Assembly (NCBI GenBank): GCA_903847095.1
Contig: CAINCQ010000004.1
Coordinates: 1-62,503 of the forward strand
Direction of reading: 5' to 3'
Source: an uncultured bacterium
Lineage (GTDB): Bacteria > Patescibacteriota > Minisyncoccia > Minisyncoccales > UBA5738
DNA length: 62,503 bases
Shown: piece by piece, positions 20,072 to 31,105 of the stretch
Layout of the letters: every line of letters starts with the position of its first letter
Numbering within the stretch: the stretch's first letter is position 1
Translations under genes and position numbers: made by a program
Notes under the pieces: generated by a model
What the model was told of the DNA's origin: nothing
The model's database searches: none
What the model saw: only the letters and a program-made list of their open reading frames with translations

Positions 20072-20731
20072 ATGAAAATCAAGGATTTGGCGATTATTGA
20101 CCGGCCCAGGGAGAAGTTGGAGAAATATGGCCCGGATAAATTGACGGATCCGGAACTTTTGGCGGTGTTGCTGGGCTCGGGGATCAAGGGGTTGAACGTG
20201 GTCGAGCTGGCGAAAAGGATCGTAAAGATGATCGAAAGGACCGGGCCGGTTAAGGTTGGCTTGGAAAATCTATTGAAAGAGAAGGGGTTGGGCAAGGCAA
20301 AAGCAATGCAGGTGATCGCGGCCTTGGAATTCGGCAAGCGGATCAATTCGGAACAAAAAGCGGAAATTCTTTCGCCCTCGGATGCGTGGAAATTATGCGG
20401 CGATATCCGTAATTCAAAAAAAGAACATTTTGTGGCGTTTTACTTGGATACGCGAAGCAAGCTGATCGAGCGGCAAATAATCTCCATTGGTACGCTTAAC
20501 GCCAGCCTGGTGCATCCGCGCGAAGTGTTTGAACCGGCTATTGTTCTTCGCGCGGCCAGCGTGATTGTCGCCCATAATCATCCAAGCGGGGATACGGAAC
20601 CGTCCGATGACGATATAACGAGTACGAAGCGGCTGACGGAAGCCGGAAAAATTTTAGGTATAGAGTTGCTTGACCACGTTATTGTTACGGCCGCCGGATT
20701 CTCAAGTTTAAAGGACAAAGGCCTGGTTTAG
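20072..20731 (+). CDS. radC: RadC/JAB domain protein
   Basis: RPREKL, ELLAVLLGSG, GTLNASLVHPREVF, AHNHPSGD, LLDHVIV. Confidence 0.95.
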   Translation: MKIKDLAIIDRPREKLEKYGPDKLTDPELLAVLLGSGIKGLNVVELAKRIVKMIERTGPVKVGLENLLKEKGLGKAKAMQVIAALEFGKRINSEQKAEILSPSDAWKLCGDIRNSKKEHFVAFYLDTRSKLIERQIISIGTLNASLVHPREVFEPAIVLRAASVIVAHNHPSGDTEPSDDDITSTKRLTEAGKILGIELLDHVIVTAAGFSSLKDKGLV

Positions 20732-20765
20732 AATTCATGTAAATAACGGATTTAATATTAAAAAT

Positions 20766-21239
20766 ATGGATAAAAACAACAAACTGACGGTTGAATTTAC
20801 CAAAGAACAATTTTTTTCTTTAATGAAGGCGGTATATCTTGGAAATTGGATGGCCAACGCCGCCCGGATGGATACCAAAGATTTCAAGAAAGACTACGAG
20901 CAAATCTTGGATTACATTTTTTCCCTGGCGCCAAAATTCGGATTGGAAAAATATATGGATCACGATTCGTTTGATCAAGAAAAATATCTTCCATCGCGCG
21001 AATTTGAGGAAAAAACCGACGTGGAAATTCTTAGCGATGAATACGACGAGGAAGTTTTTTGGAATGAAATTTCCGATCGTTTCGGCAGCCGTGATTTCAC
21101 GCGGGCTTACGGCGAAAACAAGATCGGAAAAATGAGCGACGAAGAACGGGCCGCCGGGCTATGCCGGAGCATCGAAGAATGGAGCAAAGAGTTCGAGGAT
21201 CACGGACTGGAGCGGTTGGAAATCAAACAGAAGATCTAA
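20766..21239 (+). CDS. Hypothetical acidic protein
   Basis: Clean ORF behind radC, followed by a terminator at 21262-21302. Confidence 0.75.
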   Translation: MDKNNKLTVEFTKEQFFSLMKAVYLGNWMANAARMDTKDFKKDYEQILDYIFSLAPKFGLEKYMDHDSFDQEKYLPSREFEEKTDVEILSDEYDEEVFWNEISDRFGSRDFTRAYGENKIGKMSDEERAAGLCRSIEEWSKEFEDHGLERLEIKQKI

Positions 21240-21471
21240 ATTATTACTTTTACTCGTATAGAAAAACATCCCGATAATCCGCGGAATATCGGGATGTTTT
21301 TTAATCAGGATGCGCGTAAAGATTGGCGGTCGGGGGTTGAATCTTGACTCTACTGACTTAAAGGTAATTGCATTGATGGCCCTTTAGTCGTTGATCGGCT
21401 AGGTGAATTGTTGTTGACAATTTTAAAATTTATTATATATTCTTAAAAGAACATTAAAAGGAGGTTTAAGA

Positions 21472-22053
21472 GTGTTTGTGCTTGGATTGGAAAAAGATGT
21501 GAGGAAAATCGTTCCCCTTAAGTTGGTCGCGATGCCCGTGGATTCGATAGCGATTCCGATGTTGAAGAGGGATCATTATCTGGCTTGTGGCGTTGAGATT
21601 GAAGGTGGCCAAACAATTTCTTTGATGGAGAATGTCTGGGAAACCATGGTTATGGTCAAAGTATTTTCCGGGCGTTGTGTCTGGTATGATCTGGACGCGG
21701 AGGCCATTACCAAGGAATTAGGCAAGGTTCCGGAAAAATATCAGATCGCGCTAATGCGCCAGTGGTCTTCTTCGGACGTGGTCATTAATATTATTCCCGC
21801 TCCTTCGGAGAAAGTGATCATCATTACGATGGTTGACCAAAAGGGGGTTTTTGGGAATGAGGCGCGGATGATCTTGGTTTTTACCACGGAAGAAAAGGCA
21901 AGCGAGTATATGGTAAAAGCCGGTTTTTTTATGGGTTATACGCTACCGCTTTCCTGGGCGGAATTGGTTAACCAATACGGCCAATTTTTCAAGTTTGCTT
22001 TAATGGACCCCCTGCCTTGCGATGAGCAATTTAACGTTGTTCTTATGGAATGA
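21472..22053 (+). CDS. Hypothetical protein (C-terminus weakly SseB-like)
   Basis: TTGACA at 21414, AAGGAGG SD, GTG start; ILVFTTEEKA...ALMDP. Confidence 0.65.
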   Translation: MFVLGLEKDVRKIVPLKLVAMPVDSIAIPMLKRDHYLACGVEIEGGQTISLMENVWETMVMVKVFSGRCVWYDLDAEAITKELGKVPEKYQIALMRQWSSSDVVINIIPAPSEKVIIITMVDQKGVFGNEARMILVFTTEEKASEYMVKAGFFMGYTLPLSWAELVNQYGQFFKFALMDPLPCDEQFNVVLME

Positions 22054-22135
22054 CGATTCAGCAGCCAACTTGGCTGTTTTTTTGTTCAATCGGGGATTGG
22101 CGCGGCGGTTAAACAAAAAAAGGCGAAGTCCGCCT

Positions 22136-22643
22136 TTAAAATAATTTTGTCGCCAGGCTTTCCCAGCCGTAATAAATATTCTTGCCCGAGAAGATAAGTT
22201 GTCGGATCTCGTCGGGATTGGTACTTGAAGTGAGGCAATTGGTAAGGCAGAAATTCTGTCCCCATAAATCGTAAACGATTGCGCCATGGACCAGGTTCAA
22301 CAGGAATCTGGCCCGCCCATGGGCTGCTTTTTTCTTTGATAAAGGATAATGCCGTTTGTTTGCAATTCGCGGACCGGGATCGATAACCTATTTCTTTAAT
22401 CGGTTTTAGATAGGCGGTTATCAATTCGGGATATAAAGTCGGTTCTCCTTTGCCCGTAAACAAAACGGTCGTCACCCGGCTCATTCTGGCCATTTCGCAG
22501 GCAATTTCAAGATTCCTTTTATCGATATTTTCGGCTTTCAACACAGGCAGTTTTAACGATGGGGTCATTTCGAAAACGCAGAAAGGGCAGTCGCCGTTGC
22601 AATCTGGTCCACCTACGACAATACTGAACGTTTGGAATTTCAT
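22136..22643 (-). pseudogene. Radical SAM gene, frameshifted and apparently internally deleted
   Basis: CNGDCPFC motif and FTGKGEPTL. ELQTNG lies in a shifted frame near 22370 and then stops. A C-terminal tail (HGAIVYDLWGQNFCLTNCLT...EIRQLIF...TKLF*) resumes in another frame. The total is far shorter than a radical SAM barrel. Confidence 0.75.
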
Positions 22644-22787
22644 TTTTCCTCCCGGTGATTTTTCTAAAAAACTGCTCATTTTGTATCATATATTTTAAGT
22701 ATGTCAAATTATTCTTTTTGACAAAAAAATCAGGAAATGTTATAAATAAAAGTCTTTGATCGCAAAGCTCGTTAAAAGGAGGATAAA

Positions 22788-23567
22788 ATGAGACAGGTGA
22801 GGAAATTGGCGATTTTGGCCCATCCGGAAAAACCGCGGGCGCGGAAAGCGGCGGAAGAAGCGACCGAATTATGCCGCGAAATGGATATTGAGGCGGTAGG
22901 AAATCTTAAGGCGGAAAATCTTGACGCGGTCCTGGCATTCGGCGGAGACGGTTTTTTTGTCCACACCGCCAATGGCCTGGCGGAAGCGAATCTTCAAATA
23001 CCGCTGGCGGGGGTTGATTTCGGAAAGCTGGGTTTTTTGACCAGGATCGATCCGTTAAAAGTCGGCGAGTGCTTGGAAAATCTTGGGGTCGGAAATTATT
23101 TCGTTACCGAACGAAACCGCCTCAAGATGGAATGTTTAAGAGATGGAGAGCTGTTTGTCGTCGGCCAAGCCTTAAACGACGTTTATATCGAAAGAACCAC
23201 GGTAAGAACGATCACATTCAATGTAGCGATCAAAAATCAAGAGCCATTCGCGCGCCGGGCCGACGGCGGTTTGGTCGCGACTAAAACCGGTTCTACCGCT
23301 TATAACCGGTCCTTGGGCGGTCCGATTTTGACCGACGAAAGAAATTTCGTGGTCAAGATCATGAACTCAACCGAGATAGACGATAAGAATACCTTTGTGA
23401 TCTCAAGCGATCAGATGGTATAATTGTCCGATTTCGGCGGCGGAGGAATAGCAAGGCTGGTTTGCGACGGAAAAGAATCGGCAATCTTGGATAGGGCGGA
23501 CGTTGTTAAGATCGCCAGATCCGAATTAACCACCAGGTTTATCGAATTTTCCGAAGTGGACTGGTGA
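22788..23567 (+). pseudogene. nadK: NAD kinase interrupted by in-frame TAA at 23421-23423
   Basis: GGDG, GKLGFL, LND, DG...ATKTGSTAYNRSLGGP. After the TAA the same frame continues LSDF...RLVCDG...VKIARS...FIEF to TGA 23567. Confidence 0.8.
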
Positions 23568-23682
23568 ATTTTTTTTGTTCTTTTTTCTAAGTCAAAATTT
23601 GGCGCGTCCGGAGCGGATTTAATTCCCAGCTCCGGTTTTTTTTGATAAACTAAAATAACAGAAAAATTCTCATACCAATCCG

Positions 23683-26244
23683 ATGAATATCATTAATCCG
23701 AGTGAAGAAAAATACTATTCCGAAGCCGCGATCGAAGACGTTTTAAAAAAATTAGATACGACAAGGAACGGCTTGTCCGATGCCGAAGCGAAAAACCGGT
23801 TGGAAAAATTCGGGCAGAATGTCGTGGCGGAAGGGAAAAAAACCAATATCGTTTTGGAATTTTTTTCATATTTCAAAAATCCGCTGGTTATTATCTTGCT
23901 GGCTGCCGCGATCGTTTCGTTTTTTTTGCGCGAAAAGGCTAACGCGGTCATCATTTTTCTGATGGTTATTTCCAGTGTTGCTCTCGACTTTGTCGAAGAG
24001 CACAGCGCCAACCGGGCCGCCAAAAAACTGAAAGACAAGGTCAAAACGACGGCCACGGTCAAGCGCGGAGGAAAAGAAAAAGAGATAAACGTAATCGACG
24101 TGTGTGCTGGCGATATCGTGGCGCTTAATGCCGGCGACCTGGTCCCGGCCGATGCGAGAATAATAGAGTCCAAGGACTTGTTCGTTGACCAGTCGGCGCT
24201 TACCGGGGAATCGTTTCCTTGCGAAAAAAGCGATCTGGCTAGTTCGGGCAACGAGCGCGGAAATATCCTTTTTTTCGGGACCAGCGTGATCAGCGGTTCG
24301 GCTAAGGCCGTGGTGGTCAGGATCGGGAAAGACACGGAGTACGGAAAGATCGCCGATAGCTTGGATAAAGTTTCAGAGAAAAGCGAGTTTGAGGTTGGCG
24401 TGGCCAAGTTCGGGGTTTTTGTGGCTAAAATAGTTTTTTATCTTGTCCTGTTCATCTTCTTTTTTAATACGCTGAAGAATTTCGGGATGGGTGGCGCGAA
24501 TGGCAATTTCAACATCATCCAGTCTTTTTTGTTTGGTATCGCCATAGCGGTAGGGCTGACGCCTGAGCTTTTGCCGATGATAATGTCGGTAACGATGGCG
24601 CGCGGTTCGATCAGAATGTCAAAGAAAGGGGTGATCGTAAAAAAGCTGGGCGCTATTCCGAATTTTGGCAGCATGGATGTTTTATGTACGGATAAGACCG
24701 GTACCCTTACCGAAAACAAGATCGAACTTATCAAACACACCGATATCCAGGGAAACACTTCCCCGGAGGTATTGTTTTACGCTTATTTAAATAGTTTTTA
24801 TGAGTCCGGGATCGAAAATCCCCTGGATAAAGCGCTTTTGAATTTTAAGAAATTTCCGGTCGATGAATATAAAAAGATCGATGAATTACCGTTCGATTTC
24901 GACCGCCGGATAATGAGTGTGGTATTGGAAGGAAAGGAAGGGAGGTTTATGGTCGCTAAAGGCAGTCCGGAATCTATTTTTAAACATTGCGCCAATTATC
25001 GATCGGGAAAGAAACGTCTGGCCTTTGGACCGCGGGCAAAAGAGATGGCCAAACGGCAATACGATTCATTAAGCGAAGAAGGGCACAGGGTTTTAGCCGT
25101 GGCGATCAGGATATTGAAAAAAACGAAAAACACTTATTGCAAAAGCGATGAATCAAGTTTGGAACTTTTAGGGTTCGTCGCGTTTCTTGATCCGCCTAAG
25201 GCGGGGATCAAGGAAGCTTTAAGGGATTTGGAGGCGATCGGCATCGAGGTAAAGATCATTACGGGCGACAACGAGCTGGTCACCCAAAAGATTTGCCGAG
25301 AAGTAGGGCTAAACGTGAAGGGGGTGCTTTTGGGTTCCGAGATCGACAAATTAATGGATCAATCCCTGCAGGCAAGGGTCGAGGGAATTACGATTTTTCC
25401 GCGGTGCACTCCCATCCAGAAAAATCGGGTAATCAGGGCGTTGCGGGCAAGGGGCCGGGTCGTTGGTTATCTTGGGGACGGCATTAACGACGCGCCATCG
25501 CTGAAAGGGGCGGATGTGGGGATTTCGGTGAACAATGCCGTTGACGTCGCCAAAGAGGCGGCCGACATCGTTCTGACCAAAAAAGACTTGAGCGTCTTAA
25601 AGGAAGGGGTAATGGAAGGACGGAAAGTGTTTGGGAATACCATGAAGTACATTATGATGGGATTGAGTTCGAACTTCGGAAATATGTTCTCCGCGGCCGG
25701 AGCGGTTATTTTTTTGCCGTTCCTTCCGATGCTTCCGATCCAGATCCTGCTGAATAATTTTCTTTACGATCTTTCCCAGGTTGCCATACCCTTGGACAAG
25801 GTAGATATAGAATGGGTTCAAAAGCCGCGACGATGGAACCTGATGTTCATAAAAAAATTCATGTATTTTTTCGGGCCGATAAGTTCGGTGTTCGATTTTT
25901 TAACCTTTTTTCTTTTATTCAGGATTTTCGGGGCGTCGGAAGGCCTGTTTCAGACCGGATGGTTCATGGAATCCCTGGCTACCCAAGTGTTGGTGATCCA
26001 TGTCATCAGAACCAAGCAGATTCCTTTTCTCCAAAGCTGGCCCAGTAAATTCCTGCTGGCGAGCACCGTTGTATGCGTGGCGGTCGGCTGGCTGATCCCG
26101 ATAACCCCCTTGGGCAGATATTTCCATTTCGAACCGCTATCTTTGGGGATGATAGCCGCGATCGTTTTGATCGTGGCGGTTTACCTTGTGATCGTTGAGG
26201 TCATGAAAAGGATATTCTACCGGAAGTATTCTCATTTTCTTTAG
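23683..26244 (+). CDS. mgtA: Mg2+-importing P-type ATPase
   Basis: TGES, GLTPELLP, DKTGTLT, FDFDRR, TGDN, GDGINDAP, SSNFGNMFS, FQTGWFMES. Confidence 0.95.
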   Translation: MNIINPSEEKYYSEAAIEDVLKKLDTTRNGLSDAEAKNRLEKFGQNVVAEGKKTNIVLEFFSYFKNPLVIILLAAAIVSFFLREKANAVIIFLMVISSVALDFVEEHSANRAAKKLKDKVKTTATVKRGGKEKEINVIDVCAGDIVALNAGDLVPADARIIESKDLFVDQSALTGESFPCEKSDLASSGNERGNILFFGTSVISGSAKAVVVRIGKDTEYGKIADSLDKVSEKSEFEVGVAKFGVFVAKIVFYLVLFIFFFNTLKNFGMGGANGNFNIIQSFLFGIAIAVGLTPELLPMIMSVTMARGSIRMSKKGVIVKKLGAIPNFGSMDVLCTDKTGTLTENKIELIKHTDIQGNTSPEVLFYAYLNSFYESGIENPLDKALLNFKKFPVDEYKKIDELPFDFDRRIMSVVLEGKEGRFMVAKGSPESIFKHCANYRSGKKRLAFGPRAKEMAKRQYDSLSEEGHRVLAVAIRILKKTKNTYCKSDESSLELLGFVAFLDPPKAGIKEALRDLEAIGIEVKIITGDNELVTQKICREVGLNVKGVLLGSEIDKLMDQSLQARVEGITIFPRCTPIQKNRVIRALRARGRVVGYLGDGINDAPSLKGADVGISVNNAVDVAKEAADIVLTKKDLSVLKEGVMEGRKVFGNTMKYIMMGLSSNFGNMFSAAGAVIFLPFLPMLPIQILLNNFLYDLSQVAIPLDKVDIEWVQKPRRWNLMFIKKFMYFFGPISSVFDFLTFFLLFRIFGASEGLFQTGWFMESLATQVLVIHVIRTKQIPFLQSWPSKFLLASTVVCVAVGWLIPITPLGRYFHFEPLSLGMIAAIVLIVAVYLVIVEVMKRIFYRKYSHFL

Positions 26245-26362
26245 CCGCGGGGGAAAAACCGAAGAAATCTTCTTCTTTTATTTATTTAAAATGGCGGTAT
26301 AATAAATGTTAGCGCTAATTCTTTTATCGGCGTCGCAAATTTGCGGCAACTAGTTTAATTTT

Positions 26363-27565
26363 ATGGCAAAAGATAAGGAAACAGATTACACCGAAGTAGC
26401 TCCGCAGGACTGGCTTCAAGTGACCATCACCAAGGCCGTGAGCATGGGGGCTTCGGATATACATATTGAGCCGGAGCAGTTCCGCCTCAATGTACGTTTC
26501 CGGATTGACGGTATCTTGCGCGTGATCGATCAGCTGCATCTTACTTATTTAAACCAAGTGATTTCATGTCTCAAGGTCATGTCGGGTCTTAATATCGCCG
26601 AATCCCGGCGTCCCCAAGACGGTCATATTGTTTTTAGACCCCAAACTCTGGCACCGACCGAATCGGTGGATATCCGTCTTTCGATCTTTCCGACCGTTTT
26701 CGGAGAAGCGGCGGTTTTGCGTATTCAAAACAGAAAGGATCTTATCTTTGACAAACTCGATAAGCTTGGGATCGAACCCTACGATCTGGAAAAATTGCAA
26801 TTCGTCCTGAGGCAATCGGAGGGAATGGTGTTGGTGACCGGTCCGGGGGGAAGCGGCAAAACCACGACGCTTTATACTATTTTGAATGCTTTGGCCTCAT
26901 CGCAAAGGAATATAGTTACCTTGGAGGATCCCGTGGAACTTCGCCTGAATGGCGTTCGCCAATCCCAGATTCATCCGGAGCTCGGTTTTGATTTTTCCCA
27001 AGGCTTGCGTTCCATTTTGCGCCAGGACGCCAATGTCGTGATGGTGGGTGAGATCCGCGATGACGAGACGGCGGAAATTTCGATCAGGGCCGCGCTTACC
27101 GGTATTCTTTTCTTGGCCTCGATCCATACGACCAATTCGGTCGGTGCCATCATTAGGTTCATCGAACTGGGCATACCGCCATCGATGGTCGCGGCGGCAT
27201 TGCGGGTGGTGATCACCCAGCGCTTGATCAGGAACGTCTGTCCGAATTGCCGGGAAAAGATCGTGCCGTCCGATAAGATCGTTCAGTTTTGCCGGATTCC
27301 CAAGGACTACCAATCAAAATTCGTCCAAGGGAAGGGTTGCAGCGAGTGCGACGGAACCGGCTATAAGGGGAGGACCGGCATATTCGAGGTTATGTTCGTC
27401 AATGAAGATTTGCAGAGAATGATCATCGAGGGCGCGGCTTTTACGGATCTGGAGCTTCAAGCCAAAAGGAATGGGATGAGAACGCTAAAGGATGTCGCGA
27501 TTTCCCTCGCGTTGAATGGAGCGACATCTTTGGACGAAGTGATCCGGATGACGCCGCTGCACTAA
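26363..27565 (+). CDS. GspE/PulE/PilB family secretion/pilus ATPase
   Basis: ASDIHIEP, PQDG, GPGGSGKTTT, EDPVE, LRQD, GEIRD, CPNC...CSEC, GYKGR. Confidence 0.93.
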   Translation: MAKDKETDYTEVAPQDWLQVTITKAVSMGASDIHIEPEQFRLNVRFRIDGILRVIDQLHLTYLNQVISCLKVMSGLNIAESRRPQDGHIVFRPQTLAPTESVDIRLSIFPTVFGEAAVLRIQNRKDLIFDKLDKLGIEPYDLEKLQFVLRQSEGMVLVTGPGGSGKTTTLYTILNALASSQRNIVTLEDPVELRLNGVRQSQIHPELGFDFSQGLRSILRQDANVVMVGEIRDDETAEISIRAALTGILFLASIHTTNSVGAIIRFIELGIPPSMVAAALRVVITQRLIRNVCPNCREKIVPSDKIVQFCRIPKDYQSKFVQGKGCSECDGTGYKGRTGIFEVMFVNEDLQRMIIEGAAFTDLELQAKRNGMRTLKDVAISLALNGATSLDEVIRMTPLH

Positions 27566-27830
27566 TAATAAAATCAATATCAAAAAGACAGAGGCCTTCA
27601 CCGGCCTCTTTTTTAATAACATCCGGCGCCGTTTTGTTCCGGGCGGGATTTTTGTATAAAGATAATACTTTTGAAAAATAGAGAATCGATAGTTTGGCAC
27701 TCGCGGTTGGATTATATGGATTGTTTGCCGACAGGAACGTTGGGTAATCAACCGATAAGGGAAAAAATGCGGTCTTTACATGTACGATGTTTATCGTATA
27801 ATCCCAGCAGTTCTTAGGGATGATTAAGAC

Positions 27831-28184
27831 ATGGTATTATGGTCTTCGCTTGGCATTTGCTTGGCTGGCTTGATGATATCGTTTGTTTCGTATGCTATTG
27901 TCTTGGTGGTTGCGAGATACCTGCCGGATAATAGATGGATTCGTTATTTGTTGTCGGGTTTTGCGATTTTTTACGGAGTCGCGATGCTTACTTTCGGAAT
28001 GCGTATCGTGGATATTGTTTGGCCGCTTGAGCACGACCATTGGGACCTGTTTGCTTTGGTAGCCCATATCGATATATTTTACATCAAAATATTTTTCTCG
28101 GTATACGCAACCGTATTTGCGGTTATCGTGATTTTCGGCTATCGGTCGTTTCGCCAAAACAGGAATGACATCAAAGGCAATTAA
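27831..28184 (+). CDS. Small membrane protein (3 TM)
   Basis: Hydrophobic segments; terminator overlaps the stop. Confidence 0.65.
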   Translation: MVLWSSLGICLAGLMISFVSYAIVLVVARYLPDNRWIRYLLSGFAIFYGVAMLTFGMRIVDIVWPLEHDHWDLFALVAHIDIFYIKIFFSVYATVFAVIVIFGYRSFRQNRNDIKGN

Positions 28185-28291
28185 TTGCCTTTTGTTTTTA
28201 TAAACTCCGCCATTTAAAAATAGTAATGTTACAAAAACTCTTGATTAAATCAAAAAAATATTGTATTTTATTGCCAGCTATTTAAAGAGGT

Positions 28292-28996
28292 GTGAAATTA
28301 ATGCTTGGGATAAAACTATCGCAGCTTGATGCGGGTACGCTCCGGGAGATTTTATTCATTTACGATCAGCTCATCGGCGGGACTTCGCGGGAACGGCATT
28401 ATTTTGCCGACGATAACGTGGTTCTCAATCGAACGGTCGAGATGATAAACGAGGTTCTGAACCGCAGTTCGACTTACGCCGAACTCCGTATCGGATCCAG
28501 TTTTTACGGCGAAGAAACCAACGGAAAGCTTTTTATTGTTCGGGAGGGCAATATCGGCGAGGATCAAGTGATCCAGTTCAGTTATGACCCCAATTTCGAG
28601 CGTCGCTGTTCGGAGGCAAATGCTTTAGCCCGGGATTTTCAGACGGAAATCAACTGGTTTTTGTTCTCGCGCGGCTTGGCTGTTTTGGCCGGCGACCTGG
28701 AACAGCGAAACAAAGTCGATCGTCTGATGGAAACGCTGGAAGCTTCGGACAACGATGGTTCCTGGATTGCCGGTTTACTGATAAAGATTTTGGAAGCCAG
28801 GGAAAAAGTGATCCAACGATCCGGCAATCGTCGAGAGGTCAGGCCATTGCTTTACGCGCTCGCCGACCTTCAGGGCCGAATCGAGCGTAAGGGAAGAAGC
28901 CTATCGGGAACGGGAACCAAATTTGTTTTAGAAGACAAGAAAAATTTTGTCAGCAAGCTGGCCATTATCTACGAAGTAATCGGCTGGAATGAATAG
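28292..28996 (+). CDS. Hypothetical protein
   Basis: 234-aa ORF with GAGG SD, followed by a terminator (aaactgccgtccggcagtttt). Confidence 0.7.
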   Translation: MKLMLGIKLSQLDAGTLREILFIYDQLIGGTSRERHYFADDNVVLNRTVEMINEVLNRSSTYAELRIGSSFYGEETNGKLFIVREGNIGEDQVIQFSYDPNFERRCSEANALARDFQTEINWFLFSRGLAVLAGDLEQRNKVDRLMETLEASDNDGSWIAGLLIKILEAREKVIQRSGNRREVRPLLYALADLQGRIERKGRSLSGTGTKFVLEDKKNFVSKLAIIYEVIGWNE

Positions 28997-29105
28997 TTAA
29001 ACTGCCGTCCGGCAGTTTTTTTTGACGCGATTTATCGTTGATGTTTAAGAGTATCTGGAAAATAGAACGGATTTATTGTAAAGTTTATTCAGATAAAAAA
29101 ATTTT

Positions 29106-30236
29106 ATGAAAACAAAGTCCGGCGGTTTTTCGAATATAACAACCATAATATTGTCCTTGGTGGCTTTAATCGTTCTTGGAATAGTGTTGTTTACTTCGCG
29201 GTCGAATAATGACGTTCCGATCGACGAGCCGATTCCGGTCGCTTCTCCTACCATTAAAATAGATTCTCCCGTATCCGGCCAGGAGGTTAATAGCCCGCTG
29301 GCCATATCGGGCCAGGCGCGCGGTTCCTGGTTTTTTGAGGCGGTTTTTCCGGTCAAGATCGAAGATTTATCGGGTAATACCATTGCCGAAGGTCGCGCGC
29401 AAGCCGTGGGCGACTGGATGACGAGTGATTTTGTGACCTTCGACGCTTCGATTGATTTTAAAGTTATCGAAAAGAAAAATGCGGAAATCGTATTCAAAAA
29501 AGATAACCCGTCCGGTTTGCCCGAAAATGACGGGGAATTCCGAATACCGGTTGTTTTACTGCCTGCGGCTCCGGATGATTTTATCAAAACCGGAAATCTC
29601 ATCCAGCCTAATTTAGGGGAAGGTACCTGGTATTTATCATACGAAGAGCCGGGAAAACCGGGTCTTGAGGCCGTCCTGGTCTTCAGCGATGAAAGCCGCT
29701 GTAAAAGCGGGACGGATACGGTGGTTTGCGATACCGGCAAATTTCAGGCGGGACAGCGGGTAGAAATTTCCGGTCGCCGGGCCGGTGATATGGTTTTGGT
29801 TTCGATTTTGACATTGGTTGAACAAGAGCCAAGCCAGAAAAAGGAAATCAATCTTTATTATTATAATCCGAGTCTCGATAAAGACGCGTCAGGCAACGTC
29901 CTTTGTTCGCGAAAAGGGCTGGTTCCGGTCAAAAGGCAGCTTCCGGCAAGTATCACTCCGATCCAGGATGCGATCAAATTACTGATCCAAGGTGGTTTGA
30001 CGGCGGCGGAAAAACAACAGGGCCTCACTACCGAATATCCTTTGTCGGGTTTTGTTTTGAAGGGGGCGTCGCAAAAAAACGATGTGCTTACGCTGGACTT
30101 TTCCGATCCGAACAATAAAACCGGCGGAGGAGCTTGCCGGGTGGGAATTCTGTGGTTTCAGATCGAAGCTACGGCCAAGCAGTTTCCCGGCGTGAATATC
30201 GTTAAACCTTTAAACGAAACCTTATTCCAGCCTTGA
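29106..30236 (+). CDS. Gmad2 Ig-like + GerMN domain exported protein
   Basis: ISGQARGSWFFEAVFPV, DWMT, KDNPSG; C-terminal LDFS...GGACRV...QIEATAKQFPGV. Confidence 0.85.
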   Translation: MKTKSGGFSNITTIILSLVALIVLGIVLFTSRSNNDVPIDEPIPVASPTIKIDSPVSGQEVNSPLAISGQARGSWFFEAVFPVKIEDLSGNTIAEGRAQAVGDWMTSDFVTFDASIDFKVIEKKNAEIVFKKDNPSGLPENDGEFRIPVVLLPAAPDDFIKTGNLIQPNLGEGTWYLSYEEPGKPGLEAVLVFSDESRCKSGTDTVVCDTGKFQAGQRVEISGRRAGDMVLVSILTLVEQEPSQKKEINLYYYNPSLDKDASGNVLCSRKGLVPVKRQLPASITPIQDAIKLLIQGGLTAAEKQQGLTTEYPLSGFVLKGASQKNDVLTLDFSDPNNKTGGGACRVGILWFQIEATAKQFPGVNIVKPLNETLFQP

Positions 30237-30289
30237 TTTTATTGGCCATATTGTTCTATTAAAAAAGGGCGCAATTCGGTTGCGTCCTT

Positions 30290-30958
30290 TTATGGTCTGT
30301 TTGATGATCTTTGGTTAGCCAGGCGGTTTTGGACTAAACTCAATGCCATGTCATGGATCATTTCCCGAACATCAAGTGTGATCATAATGCGGGTCGAAAG
30401 ATCCCGCATTGCATGTAAACTTTCAATGACGGCGGGGTCATCTCCCATACTTTGGCTTGTTAACGGTTGCGTCAGGTGCAGGCTGGCGATTTTTAGCAGC
30501 ATTCCCAGGGCTTCCCAGGCGCTTTCGTTGTGCGTATTGAAATCGTTAAACACATCATAGGCTTTTTTGTCGATTATTTCCTGGACCGACATTTGGCGCA
30601 TCTGTTGCATTTTTCTTGCCGCTTCTTCCAGTTCCTCGACGTTCCGCCGGGCTTCCGCGACCCAAAACTTCGCTAGACCCGTCGTATCCACCAGGAATAC
30701 GATGATGCCGTGGTTGCCGCCATTGATCATCGGTTCCTCTTTGACAGGGGTATCCCAGCCCAGGTTTTTCAATAGTTCCGCGACTATGGATGCTTCGGCC
30801 TTGAACGGCGTTGCATGTTTGACCAACGAGGCGGCTCCAAAAGAGAGCGTATCGCTGGTTTCAACTTCACAACCTTCTTCTTTTAATTTAGCGGCTATGC
30901 AAGCGATCTCATGCGGATCGCAACAAAGTGTGTTTAGGTAGATAATGATTTTTTTCAT
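30290..30958 (-). CDS. Hypothetical protein (N-terminus weakly LytR_C-like)
   Basis: Has its own promoter (TTGACA at 31012-31007) and a GGAGG SD. Confidence 0.65.
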   Translation of the reverse strand: MKKIIIYLNTLCCDPHEIACIAAKLKEEGCEVETSDTLSFGAASLVKHATPFKAEASIVAELLKNLGWDTPVKEEPMINGGNHGIIVFLVDTTGLAKFWVAEARRNVEELEEAARKMQQMRQMSVQEIIDKKAYDVFNDFNTHNESAWEALGMLLKIASLHLTQPLTSQSMGDDPAVIESLHAMRDLSTRIMITLDVREMIHDMALSLVQNRLANQRSSNRP

Positions 30959-31033
30959 TTTAAACGAACCTCCTAGTTTCTATACAATAATGTAAAATTT
31001 ATTAATTGTCAAAAACATTTTCCTTTTTTGCTA

Positions 31034-31062
31034 TTGACAAAATTATCAATAAGGATTATAAT
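31034..31062 (+). promoter_or_regulatory. Consensus sigma70 promoter, back-to-back with the minus-strand promoter
   Basis: TTGACA-17 nt-TATAAT, exact match. Confidence 0.85.
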
Positions 31063-31105
31063 CTAAAGTGAAAAGCGCGATTGGTCGCGCGGTTGGTGAA
31101 GAGGA

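Noticed and set aside
4972..23423. Stop-codon reassignment to explain the in-frame TAG (4972) and TAA (23421)
   Set aside because: TAG, TAA and TGA all end clearly complete genes here (e.g. mgtA TAG, dinB TAA, permease TGA), so these are lesions or sequencing errors.
23580..23682. Mg2+ riboswitch upstream of mgtA
   Set aside because: Only about 100 nt with a simple terminator hairpin; no M-box features recognised.
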